Assembly: GCA_026025075.1 (NCBI GenBank)
Contig: JAPEUI010000085.1
Coordinates: 1 to 64,000 of the forward strand
DNA: 64,000 nt
Reading direction: 5' to 3'
DNA from: Vezdaea acicularis
Taxonomy: Eukaryota
Of this stretch, positions 48,311 through 60,600 are shown in pieces. The translations under genes were made by a program, and so were the position numbers. Position 1 is the first letter of the stretch, and each line of letters begins with the position of its first letter. The notes beneath the pieces are model-generated. The model was not told the origin of the DNA. It did no database searches and saw only the letters and a list, made by a program, of their open reading frames with translations.

Positions 48311-48895
48311 ACCTCTTGTCAACAATAGCAGGTCCTCCGGTAAGTTAACGAGCGTCCCAATAGTCATAAAAATAGGAGAAAAGGTCAACAGTAGGGAAAA
48401 GCTCAGCCAGCGAACCGCCAGGCGTTTGAAGGGATTAGCCTTCAGAGCTGTAGATTCTTAATAGTACGCGTCGTTCATGTCGCTCTCAGCCTCAGAGTCT
48501 CAATACCTAGCGATATGTTTCATGAAGCTTGTGGCTGTGCTGCTGAAGCGAAGATCTGGGCCGGGTCTAGAGCCTGATTTCCACATTGACGATTGGTGCG
48601 CGGAGAAAGGCTGAGAGGACAAGCGAGTATTGGATGCCCCAAAGCAGAGTCGTGCACCGTCCCTAGCTTGGCGAACGGCGATTCCCAGATGTGTCCAGCC
48701 CAGCCCAGCAGGAGAGGCGTTCCAAACAGGACACCTTCCGCGTTGTCGTCGAGCTTCATGTCGTGAAAGTGATCTACTTCATCGCCGCTGTCCGTTGTTT
48801 GATGGCCGGTCGACTCGAACACGCCCATTCTCTCAATCTCGGATATTCGCGTGTTTCCCTCGACCTTGAAAGCTTTCTTGTCCCTTACGAGCAGG

Positions 48896-50289
48896 ATGTT
48901 CTTCGCACTCGTGGCTATCGGGGCTTCGACATTTCTCAAGCCGGCCGTCGCAATGAGGTGGGTTCAGCCTGCTGCGACAGAGGTAGGATCAATGGGAATG
49001 GGGTTTTCACCGAAGCCTACCCAATCTCCGGGATCTATGCTGGGGGAGCTGCGGATACGGCAGAATAATCCTGTTCCGAACAACTGGTGTGGATTCATCG
49101 GCGGAGATACAGGTTTGGCATCTTCGGAACATCGATCACAAAGAATCCTGGCTCACTTATGATTAATAGAAAATGTCCTGTCTTGTGATATTGGTGTATC
49201 TTGCGTGTCATCCGGTACTCATGACCTCTTCCGTCCTTCACGCTCTTCACTAATTGTTTCTAGGAAGGGTAGTCGGGTGTTGCACTGGCGCTATATCGAC
49301 ATGTGGTGGTTTATTTACGTCCTGCGTAGATTGGACCAGTCCTTGCAACAGTGCCTGCGTATTCAATGATGCCATCAACAAATGGTAAGCAATTCGATCC
49401 ACTAATTACATGCATTAGTAACTAAGGATGAAACAGTGATATCGATGCCCCATATTGTGCCAAATTCAAATACTCTAATGGCCTAACTCAGTACGGCTGT
49501 GCTGATGTGCCAGGTCTCACAACTTCCGTGGAGCTTCTCTCTGATGGTCTAGCAACGACGGGATCCGCGGCCGCAACCAAAACACCCACGTCAAATTCCA
49601 GCCCTCCAAGTTCTACGACCACAGTCGTCCTAGAGCCTGCTGCGACGTCGGACAGTAGCCTTAGTCGGCACAAGAAGAAGAAGGGCGTTGGAATAGGTGG
49701 AATTGTGGGTATAATTGTCGGGGTTCTAGCCCTCTTAGGCCTCATTGGTGTCGCTTTGGTATTCTTCTGCTTCCAACGTCGTAAGAAGAGAAGGGGGGCC
49801 ACTGCTGCTGCTGCGAGTGCCCAACAGAAGTACAACCCAGTGCCTCAACAGATGGAAAATCTACCACCGCAACAACACTACCAGCCACCTCCCCAAGTGC
49901 CTTACTCACCACCGGTAGCTACCGGTGTAATGTATGATGACAAGACTGGATTCAATGCGGCCACCACACCCCTCCAGCGGGATACAACAGGCGGATCTCA
50001 GCAGTCGTATGTCCAAGGCCCAGAAGTACCACTCTTCCCCGGCTCACCTTCACCACAACCATCCGTACCTGCTGGCCGGCATCTAAGTGCAGACTCAGCG
50101 ATGTTCACGGCCGTAAGCCCCATGACGGGACACACGGGAGTCTCTGGGGAACTGCCCTTCAGCCCACAAGTGACGGGGATTGCGCCGTCACGAGGCATTG
50201 CCCCACAGCAGACTAGCTCAACAGGAGCACCCAGTCTGCATGCTTCAAATAACGCAGGCCCAGTACCTGAGGCTTATGATCACCATTAG
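48896..50289 (+). CDS. Type I membrane protein: signal peptide, Cys-rich ectodomain, S/T stalk, single TM (Mid2/Wsc-sensor-like architecture)
   Basis: MFFALVAIG..., WCGFIGG and small Cys-rich exons, S/T-rich region, GIGGIVGIIVGVLALLGLIGVALVFFCF-RRKKRR, P/Q-rich tail. Confidence 0.8.
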
Positions 50290-51229
50290 AGTTGAGGTTG
50301 TTCTGTTACTTTTTTTCAGTTCGGACTGATAGTGTTGGGCACTATCTTGGTTGTGGTTGCGAAGTAGCGTTTGAATTTGTTAGCGTATCATCCGTTTAAG
50401 CAGCCTTGGTGGCATGATCAACTATTTTTTGTTTGGTAATAAATTTGGGCAGACTATATACGTATGAAGAAACCCCCCTCTGGCCGCAATGATGGAAGGG
50501 ATGCTTTTTGGCAAACAGAGACCATAGCTATACCCCTCAATAATGTAATGCGCGAGCTTACGTGGTGGGTCTTAACGCTAACTGAAGGCAATGCTTGGAC
50601 CGTACTGTTTCTTCATCAATTTAGTTTGGCTCATTTCCTAGTTCTGCGGAGATCCGAAGCCTACGATCTTCAAGACACGAATATTGTATGTGGCTGAGCC
50701 GCCGATCTTCACCCTTAGCCCCGATGACTTGCCACAACTAACACAAAGGATCCGTATGCGTACCCCCCACGCCCCTTCGAAGACCTGGAAGTAGCTTAAA
50801 CCTCAAGAACCCAGCTCCATAAGTGGTTCGTGCGCGTCGCGTGGAAGATTAACTTGGTCGCTTGCGCCTTAAGGTTCTGACGATGAAGTCATCGGTGGCA
50901 GTGCGCCGCTTTTCCCAGGGGTTCGCGTGAATTGAAGATGGGGGAAATTTGCAGGTGGTGGATCGATGACGGGACTGGCGCGAATCCCTCTCTTGGCAAA
51001 CGTTCTCGTGCTTGAAACGATCGGCAGTTGGAATGAAAGCTTTTAAACGTCACATTCTTTCCTCATCATTCATCAATCGATTTATCTAGCCACTCCATTC
51101 TCCGCCTTCACTCTCCTTCGCTGGCACCTCGGCACTCATCAACAACCTGCTCTGCCCATCTAACATCCGAAGCATCTCTTAATTGACGTATCCCCAATAA
51201 CAGCGGTACCAACCGCACCTACCACAACC

Positions 51230-51904
51230 ATGCCCGCCTTCCTCAAACTCACCGCTACCACCCTCCGTACCATCCAACTCCTCGCCGTTATCGTTGCGCT
51301 CGCAACTTACTCCACCTACCTCGCGCGCCTCCACACGCGCCACTTCGGGACCAGCCGCAGCGAAAAGGCCGTCGAGGCCATCAGTGGTATCGGCGTCGCC
51401 TACCTCTTGTGCGCAGTGCTTTTCACATGCATCCTCGGCGGCAAGCGTCTCTTCGCCTTGGTTGCCATTCTCCTTGATATCCTCTTCTGTGGGGCATTCG
51501 TGGCCGTTGCAGGCATCACGGGCCCGAAGGGCGGTACGTCGAAGTGTTATTTCAGGGATGGCACATCAACAACCCAATCTACTGGTAAGGGGAACGATAC
51601 TAGGGTTGTGGTCGTCACGCCGAAGCAACTTACGACGGATTGCCATCTGATCAAGGCGACCTTTGCCGTCGCAGTTATACTTGCGTGAGTCTTCCTTTGC
51701 GCGGCATTAAATTGGTTGAATTAGAGGCATAATGCTAATGACTCTACTAGGTTGACATTCCTCATCTCTGCTGCGCTGCAGTTCCTGCTCATGAAGAAGG
51801 ACCACGATGAGCCAAGGCACTCGTCAGGTAGACGGTTCAGGATGCCGTTTGGGCGGAAGAAGCATATTGACACCTTCGATGCGGAGATGGCTACAAGGCA
51901 CTAA
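51230..51904 (+). CDS. MARVEL-domain four-TM membrane protein, 2 exons
   Basis: LRTIQLLAVIVALATY, KAVEAISGIGVAY, LLDILFCGAFVAVA, DCHLIKATFAVAVIL|ALTFLISA. Confidence 0.8.
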
Positions 51905-53342
51905 GTATGCATGTTTTAAACGCAGAAGGGGGACGGGCCGACCCGGAAGAGTGGTGGGCCATAATGGTGGAGGTAATAATTAAATAAGGAAGTTTAATGT
52001 CTTTATCTTGGCATAAAGCTGGACCTTTGTTCCGTCGTGATGTACCACGATAAGTGCTGTTCATAGAGTTCGTGCAAAAGAAATGATTCGCGACGTGTAT
52101 GACTCCTCTGTCTTCCTGTATCAAGGCCAAGCGGTCAATGGAGAGGACTTAGATTTTCACCATATATTTGCCCCAATTTTTCCAATTCAATGGCCTCATC
52201 TACGGGATCTCTAAGGCGTTGTGTTACTTGCACGTGTTTTGCTCGCTGTCATGCAACTTGATTCCTTCGTCAAGTTGAAGGGCAAGATTAAGCGTCACCT
52301 TGTGGGCTGGCATGGAGTTCCGTGTCAACGAGACTCGTATAAGCTACAGTAGGATACGACAAATAGACTTTGAAGACACGGACGTAGCTTTCTCAACACT
52401 CTATTCTTCATACCAGTTTGCCCCAAACCCTAAAATTGCAAGTTGAGGCTTGAAATCACGTGTATGCGCGCCCGACAGAAAATGTCGCACTTGAGCCGCC
52501 ACATCTTACATACACGATCTGCAAGACCATGTCGACTCGAAGACTTCCTTTCGAGCCCCGAAAGATATTCAGCGTCGACTCAGTGACATCTGCATCTTTA
52601 TAACGCACGATCTACCACAATCGTTCTGCAGCGCGCCGCACCGATGACTGCAGATCCGAGGGGGCACAGGAAATTTCAGGACGAGTCTAGGGCTGCTGCA
52701 CGTCCGGCTTAGCCAATGCCAAAGGCGCGCTGACACTCCGGAGGCTGCTTGCTTCTTCCACGAATCTCCCAGCCGCGCCGATCCAGTTCTTCACATCTTC
52801 TCGAGCCGAGCTTTTGGCTTACGAAACCTTATCTTCGATGCTATTTTTATGTGGTCTTGTGGTTGGCCTCGCCATCACATTGCAGACGGGATGGGTTTCG
52901 GAGGCTCTCGACTGCGCTGAATTCTCGCAAGGCTGATGATCGACTCACTGCCCGCCATTAACCCAGTCGCATTATCTTGACTTCAAGATCATCCTGATAA
53001 GTGGATCGTCGATGATTCAACGCATAGAATGTATTTGCACATTCACGCTGTCAGCTTGTTTCTTTTTCTCGCCTCTCCATGAAGCGAGGCAGTTGAGTCA
53101 GGAACATGAAGAGAGTTCTCGATATCAAAATTTAGAGCAATCGAGGCCGCAACCGAAGAACGGGCCCCAGTCGCAAGAAGGAAGCGATCAAACCCCGCGA
53201 TCGCTGACAGGATGACAGTTAGATTGAGGCTGCAGCCTGAAGAAGATAGCGGATGACATTTTCCAAACATGCGGGAGTGGCACTGGGAGGGTTACACTTG
53301 GAGCTAAATTTGGGGGCCGCAGAGATGCAAGCCAACAGTTTC

Positions 53343-53468
53343 ACCACACCACACTCGGGAAAGTTCCGATGTGGGCGGAGGAGGACTGGTCGTGTGGCCC
53401 ACCACCACACTCGGGAAAGTTCCGATGTGGGCGGAGGAGGACTGGTCGTGTGCCCCACCACCACACTC
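53343..53468. repeat. 56-bp tandem duplication (~2.2 copies)
   Basis: CACCACACTCGGGAAAGTTCCGATGTGGGCGGAGGAGGACTGGTCGTGTG(G/C)CCC repeated almost perfectly; period 56 nt. Confidence 0.95.
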
Positions 53469-53742
53469 AATCCCTGGACCTCCTGGGCGACCCTCGCCTC
53501 TCTGCGACACGCGGGAAAACTGCTTTTATACACTGACAGAGTATATGAGCGCCATTTCGCCCCCATTTTGATCTGCTTCACTTGGGTAGCACGGCTGTTC
53601 CTCTGGCCCCAATTGCGCAGCGCTTTACCTTTCGTCCGGGAGCGGTGCCGCGCCTACTAGCGTTTTCGCATATCCAGTATCTCCTTTCTTGGTTTGCAGC
53701 AAGGCCCATCTACATGCTGGTAAGAATCCGATCACCCTCACC

Positions 53743-55643
53743 ATGGCGGATGCTCCGTTGGATCTACTAGGGGCCAATCGCTCTGGTCTCATATCGAACG
53801 TGACGGGCCACGGCCTGTTAACTACGATCACCTTCAATACCTCCATCTGGTCCAACTCCAGCGTCCTCTACCTACTCAATGCAACCACCGACCCAGCTGT
53901 CAACACGATACGGCAGCACACGTGGAGTTACGAAAACGAATGCATATTCCCAATCAGTGGCCAATATGGGGTGGGTTCATTCTTCAGTTGGAACATATCC
54001 TCCAAAGATTTTGTTCACTAATTATTACCTAGTTGCTGCCGCGGGTTATCTACTACGTTCTGCTTGTCTTCTCACTCATTCTTCGCAAGCATCAATGGCT
54101 CTCATCGGGCTGCCTTGTCTATTGCTTGACATATTCGGGGTCGGCGGCTATTCACCTTTTCGCCCTGGTGGTCAGGTACCACTTCGACTATTGGAATTTC
54201 GAAGGAGCAAGACCCCCAACGACATTTTTTGGCGACATCGACGCTCTCCCTATGCTACCCATACTTGGAGCAGCTTGTATCATGATCACCCCTCTCCTTC
54301 TATTTTCGACCACTATACGCCAGCTAAAAGCGCGACCCGTCATCGTTTGGTGGGGATTGTTGTGTTTCACTGCTTTTGTCATCGTACAAGTGGAGCAGTG
54401 GCGCGGATGGGAGCCCTTTCTCATAGGGGGCCTTGCAACCTGTAGTGACCACCCTATCCAAGGTAGCAATGCAAATTGCACCTTTGATTACTACTGGAAT
54501 ACTCTGCAAGGCGCACCCACGTCGGAGTGGTGGCAGGCTTGCAACTGCAATGCCGACTGCGTTGCGCGGACTGTGGACCATGCACCCTTCCGCGGCGGGA
54601 GCAATCTCGTGCCATATACTCTGACGTCAAGAACCGAAAAGATAGTCGACTCCAAGGCCTTTGGCGTCGCTACTGTTGCCAATGCGCTAACCCTCGTTTT
54701 CATTACACTCCAGGGCATCCTAGCCCTTATCGAATGCCACTGGTCGCAACGGCGGATCCGCAACGCCTTCTTCCGTCTATTATATTCGAATCGGAACCCT
54801 CCAGAGGTGCGCAGCGGCTTTTGGGCGCACGTCTATTTCCAGGCTGCGAAGTGGTTCTGTCTGCTCTTCTACTGCGGTGCCGTCCTCATGGCCGTCCTCG
54901 CCCCCCTCGTCTTCATCCTCAATATGATCGTGAACGAAATCGACATCGCGTCAACGCCAGTCGGCGAGCCAAAAGCCGCCGTTGGCCAGTGGAGCTCTTG
55001 GGTCCAAGTCGGGCTCAGCATATGGGGCGCCATCATCATCCGATACACGCCTGCGTGGTTCGACACGCTGCGTATGCTCTATGCCAAGCGGCATTCCGCG
55101 AACCGCTACCCCAATGCGCCCGACCCCTCCAACAGCATCAAGGAGCGCACCCGCTCATTCCTCCACGTGCTCGCCTTTCCCTTCCGCAAATTTGCCTCCG
55201 TCTGCGCCGAGCTGTGGTCGCGCATGTTCTCCGCCGACCCCGAGCGCGGCGAGTTCACTAACCTGCGGTACTGGTTCAACGACCCCGTCGGCCGCTCCGC
55301 GCACGGCCTCGAGCGCGAGAAGGACGTTGAGCGCAAGCACCTCTGCGAGGTCTGTCACAAGCGCGAGTGCATTAACGAGTCCTGCCGCGCTAGGGAAGCG
55401 AAGCATACATTGCCGCCCTTGAAACATATCCCGGAAAGCTCTCAGACGACGCTGGAGAAGCACGAGGCGGAGCCGCCGCTGAAAGACGCGGATGGGCATA
55501 ATGGCGAGCCGCTGAGTTGGGCGGAGAGGGGCGAGTTTAGCGTCGGCCCCTTGACTGCAACGAGTGGTGAGAGCATCCCAAGTCCGTCCGGGTATAGGAA
55601 GCCGAGCTCGAGGGCGAGTACGTGGACGCCTGGGCAGATGTGA
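53743..55643 (+). CDS. Uncharacterised multi-pass membrane protein, 2 exons
   Basis: ECIFPISGQYG|LLPRVIYYVLLVFSL..WLSSGCLVYCLTYSGSAAIH; ~7 hydrophobic segments, Cys-rich loop (CNCNADC), AVGQWSSW, C-terminal HLCEVCHKREC...C. Confidence 0.8.
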
Positions 55644-56216
55644 GAGGGGTTTGGGGTGAGAGCATCAGCGAAGAAGAGAGCTGGATTTTGTAATGGTATG
55701 TGGGACGGGGGTTATAGGGTGGCGTAAAGGAGCATGGGATATGGCATGGAATTGCATAGCATTGTATGCCACACATGAATGAAAAGTATGTTACAGCTAT
55801 CCAATTTTTCATTCTCCGAGCGACCCTGTGTCTACCTCAAGTCATATATTGAAGCAACCCCCGGTTTTCTCACAAATCCTCCCCCCCAAATTGACCCCCA
55901 AACCCGCTCCAAAAACAAGCCTTCCCGACTGCCAGGGAAGCCCACCTAGAAAAAGGAGAATGCAAAAAACATACAACAGCACCGGATTCGCTTCTCGTCA
56001 CCGACGAAACTACTAACAGGCCGATTTGAGGCTTATGGAAGGCAGAGCGGACGGGATGCCCAGTTTTCCCCAATCTACGGTCGTATGTACCAGGTGTGTC
56101 TCTTACTCGAATCATATACCTTGGGGAGTGGGAGGAAGAGGAGGAGGAGGGAAGAGGGCTTGGGGTTGGAGATGGGGGGTTTGGGGTAATGGGGGGAATC
56201 TGAGGTAATCTTCAGG

Positions 56217-56940
56217 GAACGAGAAAAGTCGGGGTCAGGTGCGCTCACATGAGCTTTCCACTTTTGCTTTGCATTGGGACACCCGCGATGTTGGAAAGTT
56301 GAGGGGATTTTCGACCGTGAGATTTCCCTACTTGGGGCATTGGGGAGGGTTGAGTTTGAACGCATGGAACGAGAACAGGTCTACGTCATGTGCCCTCATA
56401 TGAGCCTTGAGATTTTGCTTTGCGTCAATACGATCGTGGAGGTGAAAAGTTGAGGGGATTTTCGACCGTGAGATTTCCTGTTTTGGGCATTGGGGAGAAG
56501 TTGAAGATGAACACATGGAACGCGGAAAGTTGGCGTCATGTGCGCTCACATGAGCATTGAGATTTTGCTTTGCCTCAAGACGATCGTGGAGGTGAAAAGT
56601 TGAGGGGATTTTCGACCGTGAGATTTCCTGTTTTGGGTGTTGGGGAGAAGTTGAGGATGAACACATGGAACGTGAAAAGGTCTGCGTCATGTGAGAACAC
56701 ATGAGCCTTCCAATTGTGCTTTGCATCAAGACGAAAGTGGAGGGGGAGTGTTGAAGGGATTTCTGAGCATGAGATTTCCTATTCAGGGCATTGGACAGAG
56801 TTGAGGTGAACACTTGCTCTGCAAATGGAACGAGAAAAGTCATGGTAATGTGCTCTCACGTGAACCTTTCATTCTTGCTTTGCCTCAAGACTATTGTGGA
56901 GGTGAAAAGCTGAGAGTGTGTCTAGGTGTGGAACTTCCTA
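56217..56940. repeat. ~150-bp satellite-like tandem array (4 full + 1 partial units)
   Basis: Units start at ~56217, 56367, 56518, 56668, 56828 (GAACG...); shared blocks TTTTGCTTTGC and AAAGTTGAGGGGATTTTCGACCGTGAGATTTCC; central units most similar. Confidence 0.93.
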
Positions 56941-57603
56941 TCGAGTACCTGATACGTTGCGGTGCCATTCTTGAGCAATAATATTTAGATACTGGGACGC
57001 AAAGATAATTTTAAGCTTTGAGTCTACTTGGCTCAAGATAGGATAACGTTCCATGCAAAAGAGCCAATTATCTGTTTTGTCAGTAGCTCGCACAATGCCT
57101 TTGAATATGTCTGGCTTGTGTGGTTTTGAGTCACTCTTGTCGTTCTTAAATATAGCAAAGCAGACGTTCTGTTCTCTATTACCAGGCGTTGCTTAAAGAT
57201 CCGAGGACGATACTAAAAAGCACTAACGTTGGTCGGTGAAGGTCTGGGAAGGCTAGCTCTAATACTTTCGTTATCCATGTTGGCGTCGAGATTTCTACGG
57301 GTCTCACTCTACTAAGGAAAGTTTATTCATGCAGTATGGACGTTGCGTTGGATTTTAATTGAAAACGGGATGTTGTTACCACTGTATTTAAGGAGACGAA
57401 GTTTTTTGGAAGTGGCTACAATAGCATTGCTTAAACGCGATTGCGAGCGCGCTTATCTGAATCAATGGCAAAGCGCCATCTAGTTTTCAGCCTTGCCAAG
57501 ATGGGATCTCTCAAGATCACTTGTCTGCACACGATTGGCTTTTATCCACAGTCCCGGCCTTCGGATCAAGGTCTCCTAAACTCTACTGACGAAGTGTCAA
57601 GAA

Positions 57604-60600
57604 ATGGATCACACAGCTGAGGGTCCATTCGGGCTTCATATCGTTTACGATCCGCCAGGAGCAAATGTCGAGTAAGTGCAAGGGAGTTGGTGCTTCTGAC
57701 TCTCTGACTTGGTAAAACAGCATCATTGCTGTCCATGGCTTAGGATCAAATCCTAAATACGCATGGACTAGAAAAATTAAAGATGCCGAAGGAGAGCGTG
57801 AGGTTAAATGGCTGGAAGATTCTGATCTTCTTCCAGCAGCGATACCAAATGCTCGGATATTCACATTTGGCTATGAATCAAAGTGGCATAAAGACGCCGC
57901 TTGGCAACGACGCTCTCTCTGCGCTGTCCAGTTACTCGATGCTCTTTATGCAAAGAGGCAACAGGTATATCTATCGTGGTTCGATAGACTCATTTACCTA
58001 GTTGATGAATGTTATAGGAAGAAGAAACTAAATACAGGCCTCTGATCTTTATCGGTCATAGTTTTGGTGGTGTTGTCATTGAACAGGTATTGAGGCCCCC
58101 AATACTTCTTGCAAGTCCACTAATATTTCAGGCCCTTGTCGATGCAAGTCAGCATGATGGACCTTTCCTACATCTTTCGATGTCTACGATTGGTATCGTC
58201 TTCCTAGGTACACCCCACCGTGGGACTGAAGCTGCTAAATGGGGGGAGCTTATTGCAACCTCTGGACAGTTACTTGGTCTCGGCTCAGAAACAAGAATCC
58301 TTCAGGACTTAAGGAAGGACTCTCTTAACTTGGTTGATCTCTTATACTCGTTCACGCAATGGCTATTTAGATTTTCGGTCCCTATAGTATGCTTCTTTGA
58401 GAAACATAAAACAGACTTCGGAAAGAAGACCGACGAGGGAAAGAGATGGAGGCTTTCTTGGAAGGAGTTGGTGAGCCTGCTTGGCGCTAACATCATATCG
58501 ATAAGCTAATTCCTTTATTCTTAGGTTGTAGAGGAAAGATCAGCGTGTATCGACGGCCACAGAAAAGTGCCTGTGCAAACAGATCACTTGATGATCAACA
58601 AGTTTAGCGGTCCAAATGATGAGTCCTACAAAATCATCTTAAGCGTTCTTCAGGATATGATCAAGAGAGCGAATGAGAAGATCCAAGCCCGTCTTAATCG
58701 TATGATGTCCTGCTTGCCATGAGATTTCCAAGCTGATTCGGCCATAACTAGCCCATCAGATTATCAAGGACAATTCAAGTAAGCAGATGCTCCTTTATGG
58801 ATAGATGGATATTCCTGACTTGGCCTTCAGTTGTACCGCCAGAAAATTTGCAGTGCCTACAAGCATTGTTTGGCTCAAATGATCCAACATCCTTTCGTTC
58901 CATTGATCCAAGGGATGTTCTATCTGCAATCCATCGGAACAAAGGGGATCTCGTTTCCGGAACATGCGAGTGGTTGCTTGATCGAGAAGAATACGTTGCC
59001 TGGCTTAATGATGAGAATATTTCCGTTCTTTGGTTGCTGGGAGGACCTGGAACGGGAAAGACTATGTTGAGCAGTTTTCTGGTTGATAAGCTAGAGGAAA
59101 GATTACAGAGGACACCTAAAACAATTCTGGTATACTTTTTCTGTGATAACAAAGACGCAAATCGAAATAGGGATACAGCAATTCTTCGAGGACTCATGCT
59201 TCAGATACTTCGTCAACTGCCTAGTCTTTTCAAACACATCCAAGAAGATTATGAATTACAGCCGCTTGCAATGTTTGAAAACTTTGACACGCTTTGGAGA
59301 ATATTTCTCAACATGCTCAAAGATTCTGGTAGAAGTACAATATACATTCTCCTGGATGCTCTAGACGAATGTGAACCGCAGTCACGTTCGAATCTTGTTC
59401 GAGCTATGAGCAAGTTATCGACTCTATCTCGAATTAAAGGGCAATTCAAACTCTTAATAACCTCTCGACCGAGTCCGGAATCAAACAACCCATCAGAGTA
59501 TGAAAGGCAACTTCATGTTGATTCCGCCAAAATTGACAAAGATCTTGACAAGTTCATCGAGGCAAGAGTGGCCGAGCTACCAAATAAATGGCCGGCCACG
59601 TTAATCCGAGATATAAAAGATGCAATGATTGAAAAAAAAGGAGGAACATTCTTATGGATATCTTATGTACTCGATGATCTATCTAAGACAAAGAACCTTC
59701 GGCTGGTCAAAGAAAAACTTCGAGCACTACCTGCAGGGCTAAAAGAAGTCTATGACCAAATCCTTGACAGGATAGACAAAGATTGCAGAGATGACGCAAA
59801 ACTCGCGTTGAGATGGGTCGTGGGTGCCCGACGACCTCTCACTGTGGGAGAGTTTAGAGTTGCGCTTGGCTACTCATCTGCTACTGTTATGGAAGAAAAC
59901 GGTCTGCCATCTTTCAATGAAGTAGAAGGACGCGAAACTGCTGTCGATTTTTGTGAAAATTTACTCTACCATGACGCAGAAACAGATACCATCAACCTGT
60001 ACCACGAATCTATAAAGGACTATCTACTCAGCAAACATGTTGAACACCACGAGTACCACTCTGATTTTTCAGTTAACACAGAAGAGACCAATCTACATAT
60101 TTTTGAGGTTTGCTGGCGTTACCTCAGTTCGAAGGAATTTCACTATGGTCGTTCAATCATCGAGAATATCGATGGGCAACTTCGTTCAACAGATATAATT
60201 TCTAGATCCAAATCTAATATAATCTATGAATTTCTTGGCTACGCCGTGTATGAATGGTTCAAGCATGCGCTTGCACTTCAGCGAACCTTTTTAAGGGACG
60301 ATAAGTTGGACTATCTTGCTCTCGAGCGATCGTCTACTTTACGAGATCATTGGCTGCTTGAGGCGGCAAAGGTAGGACAGGAGCCAGTTATTCTGAAATT
60401 ACTCGAGAAAGGGGCCAACGTCTATGCTAGGGACAGCTACGGAGGGACGGCCCTGTACCTGGCAGCTGTAGAAGGGCACGAAGCCGTGGTGCGGCTGCTG
60501 CTGGAGAACGGAGCCGACGTCGAAGCCGGGGACGACGATGGAGGGACGGCCCTGTACGTGGCAGCTGAGAGAGGGCACACAGCCGTGATACGGCTGCTGC

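Noticed and set aside
56217..56940. CRISPR-like array, or repetitive protein ORFs 56075-56365 and 56328-56843
   Set aside because: Whole units are homologous with no unique spacers, the host is eukaryotic, and an indel shifts frame between units; best read as a non-coding satellite
57400..57720. Amyloid signalling motif (HET-s/sigma/PP-type) at the NLR N-terminus or in neighbouring genes
   Set aside because: The N-terminus leads directly into the hydrolase domain; no N/Q/G pseudo-repeat seen, and no adjacent HeLo/HeLo-like effector gene
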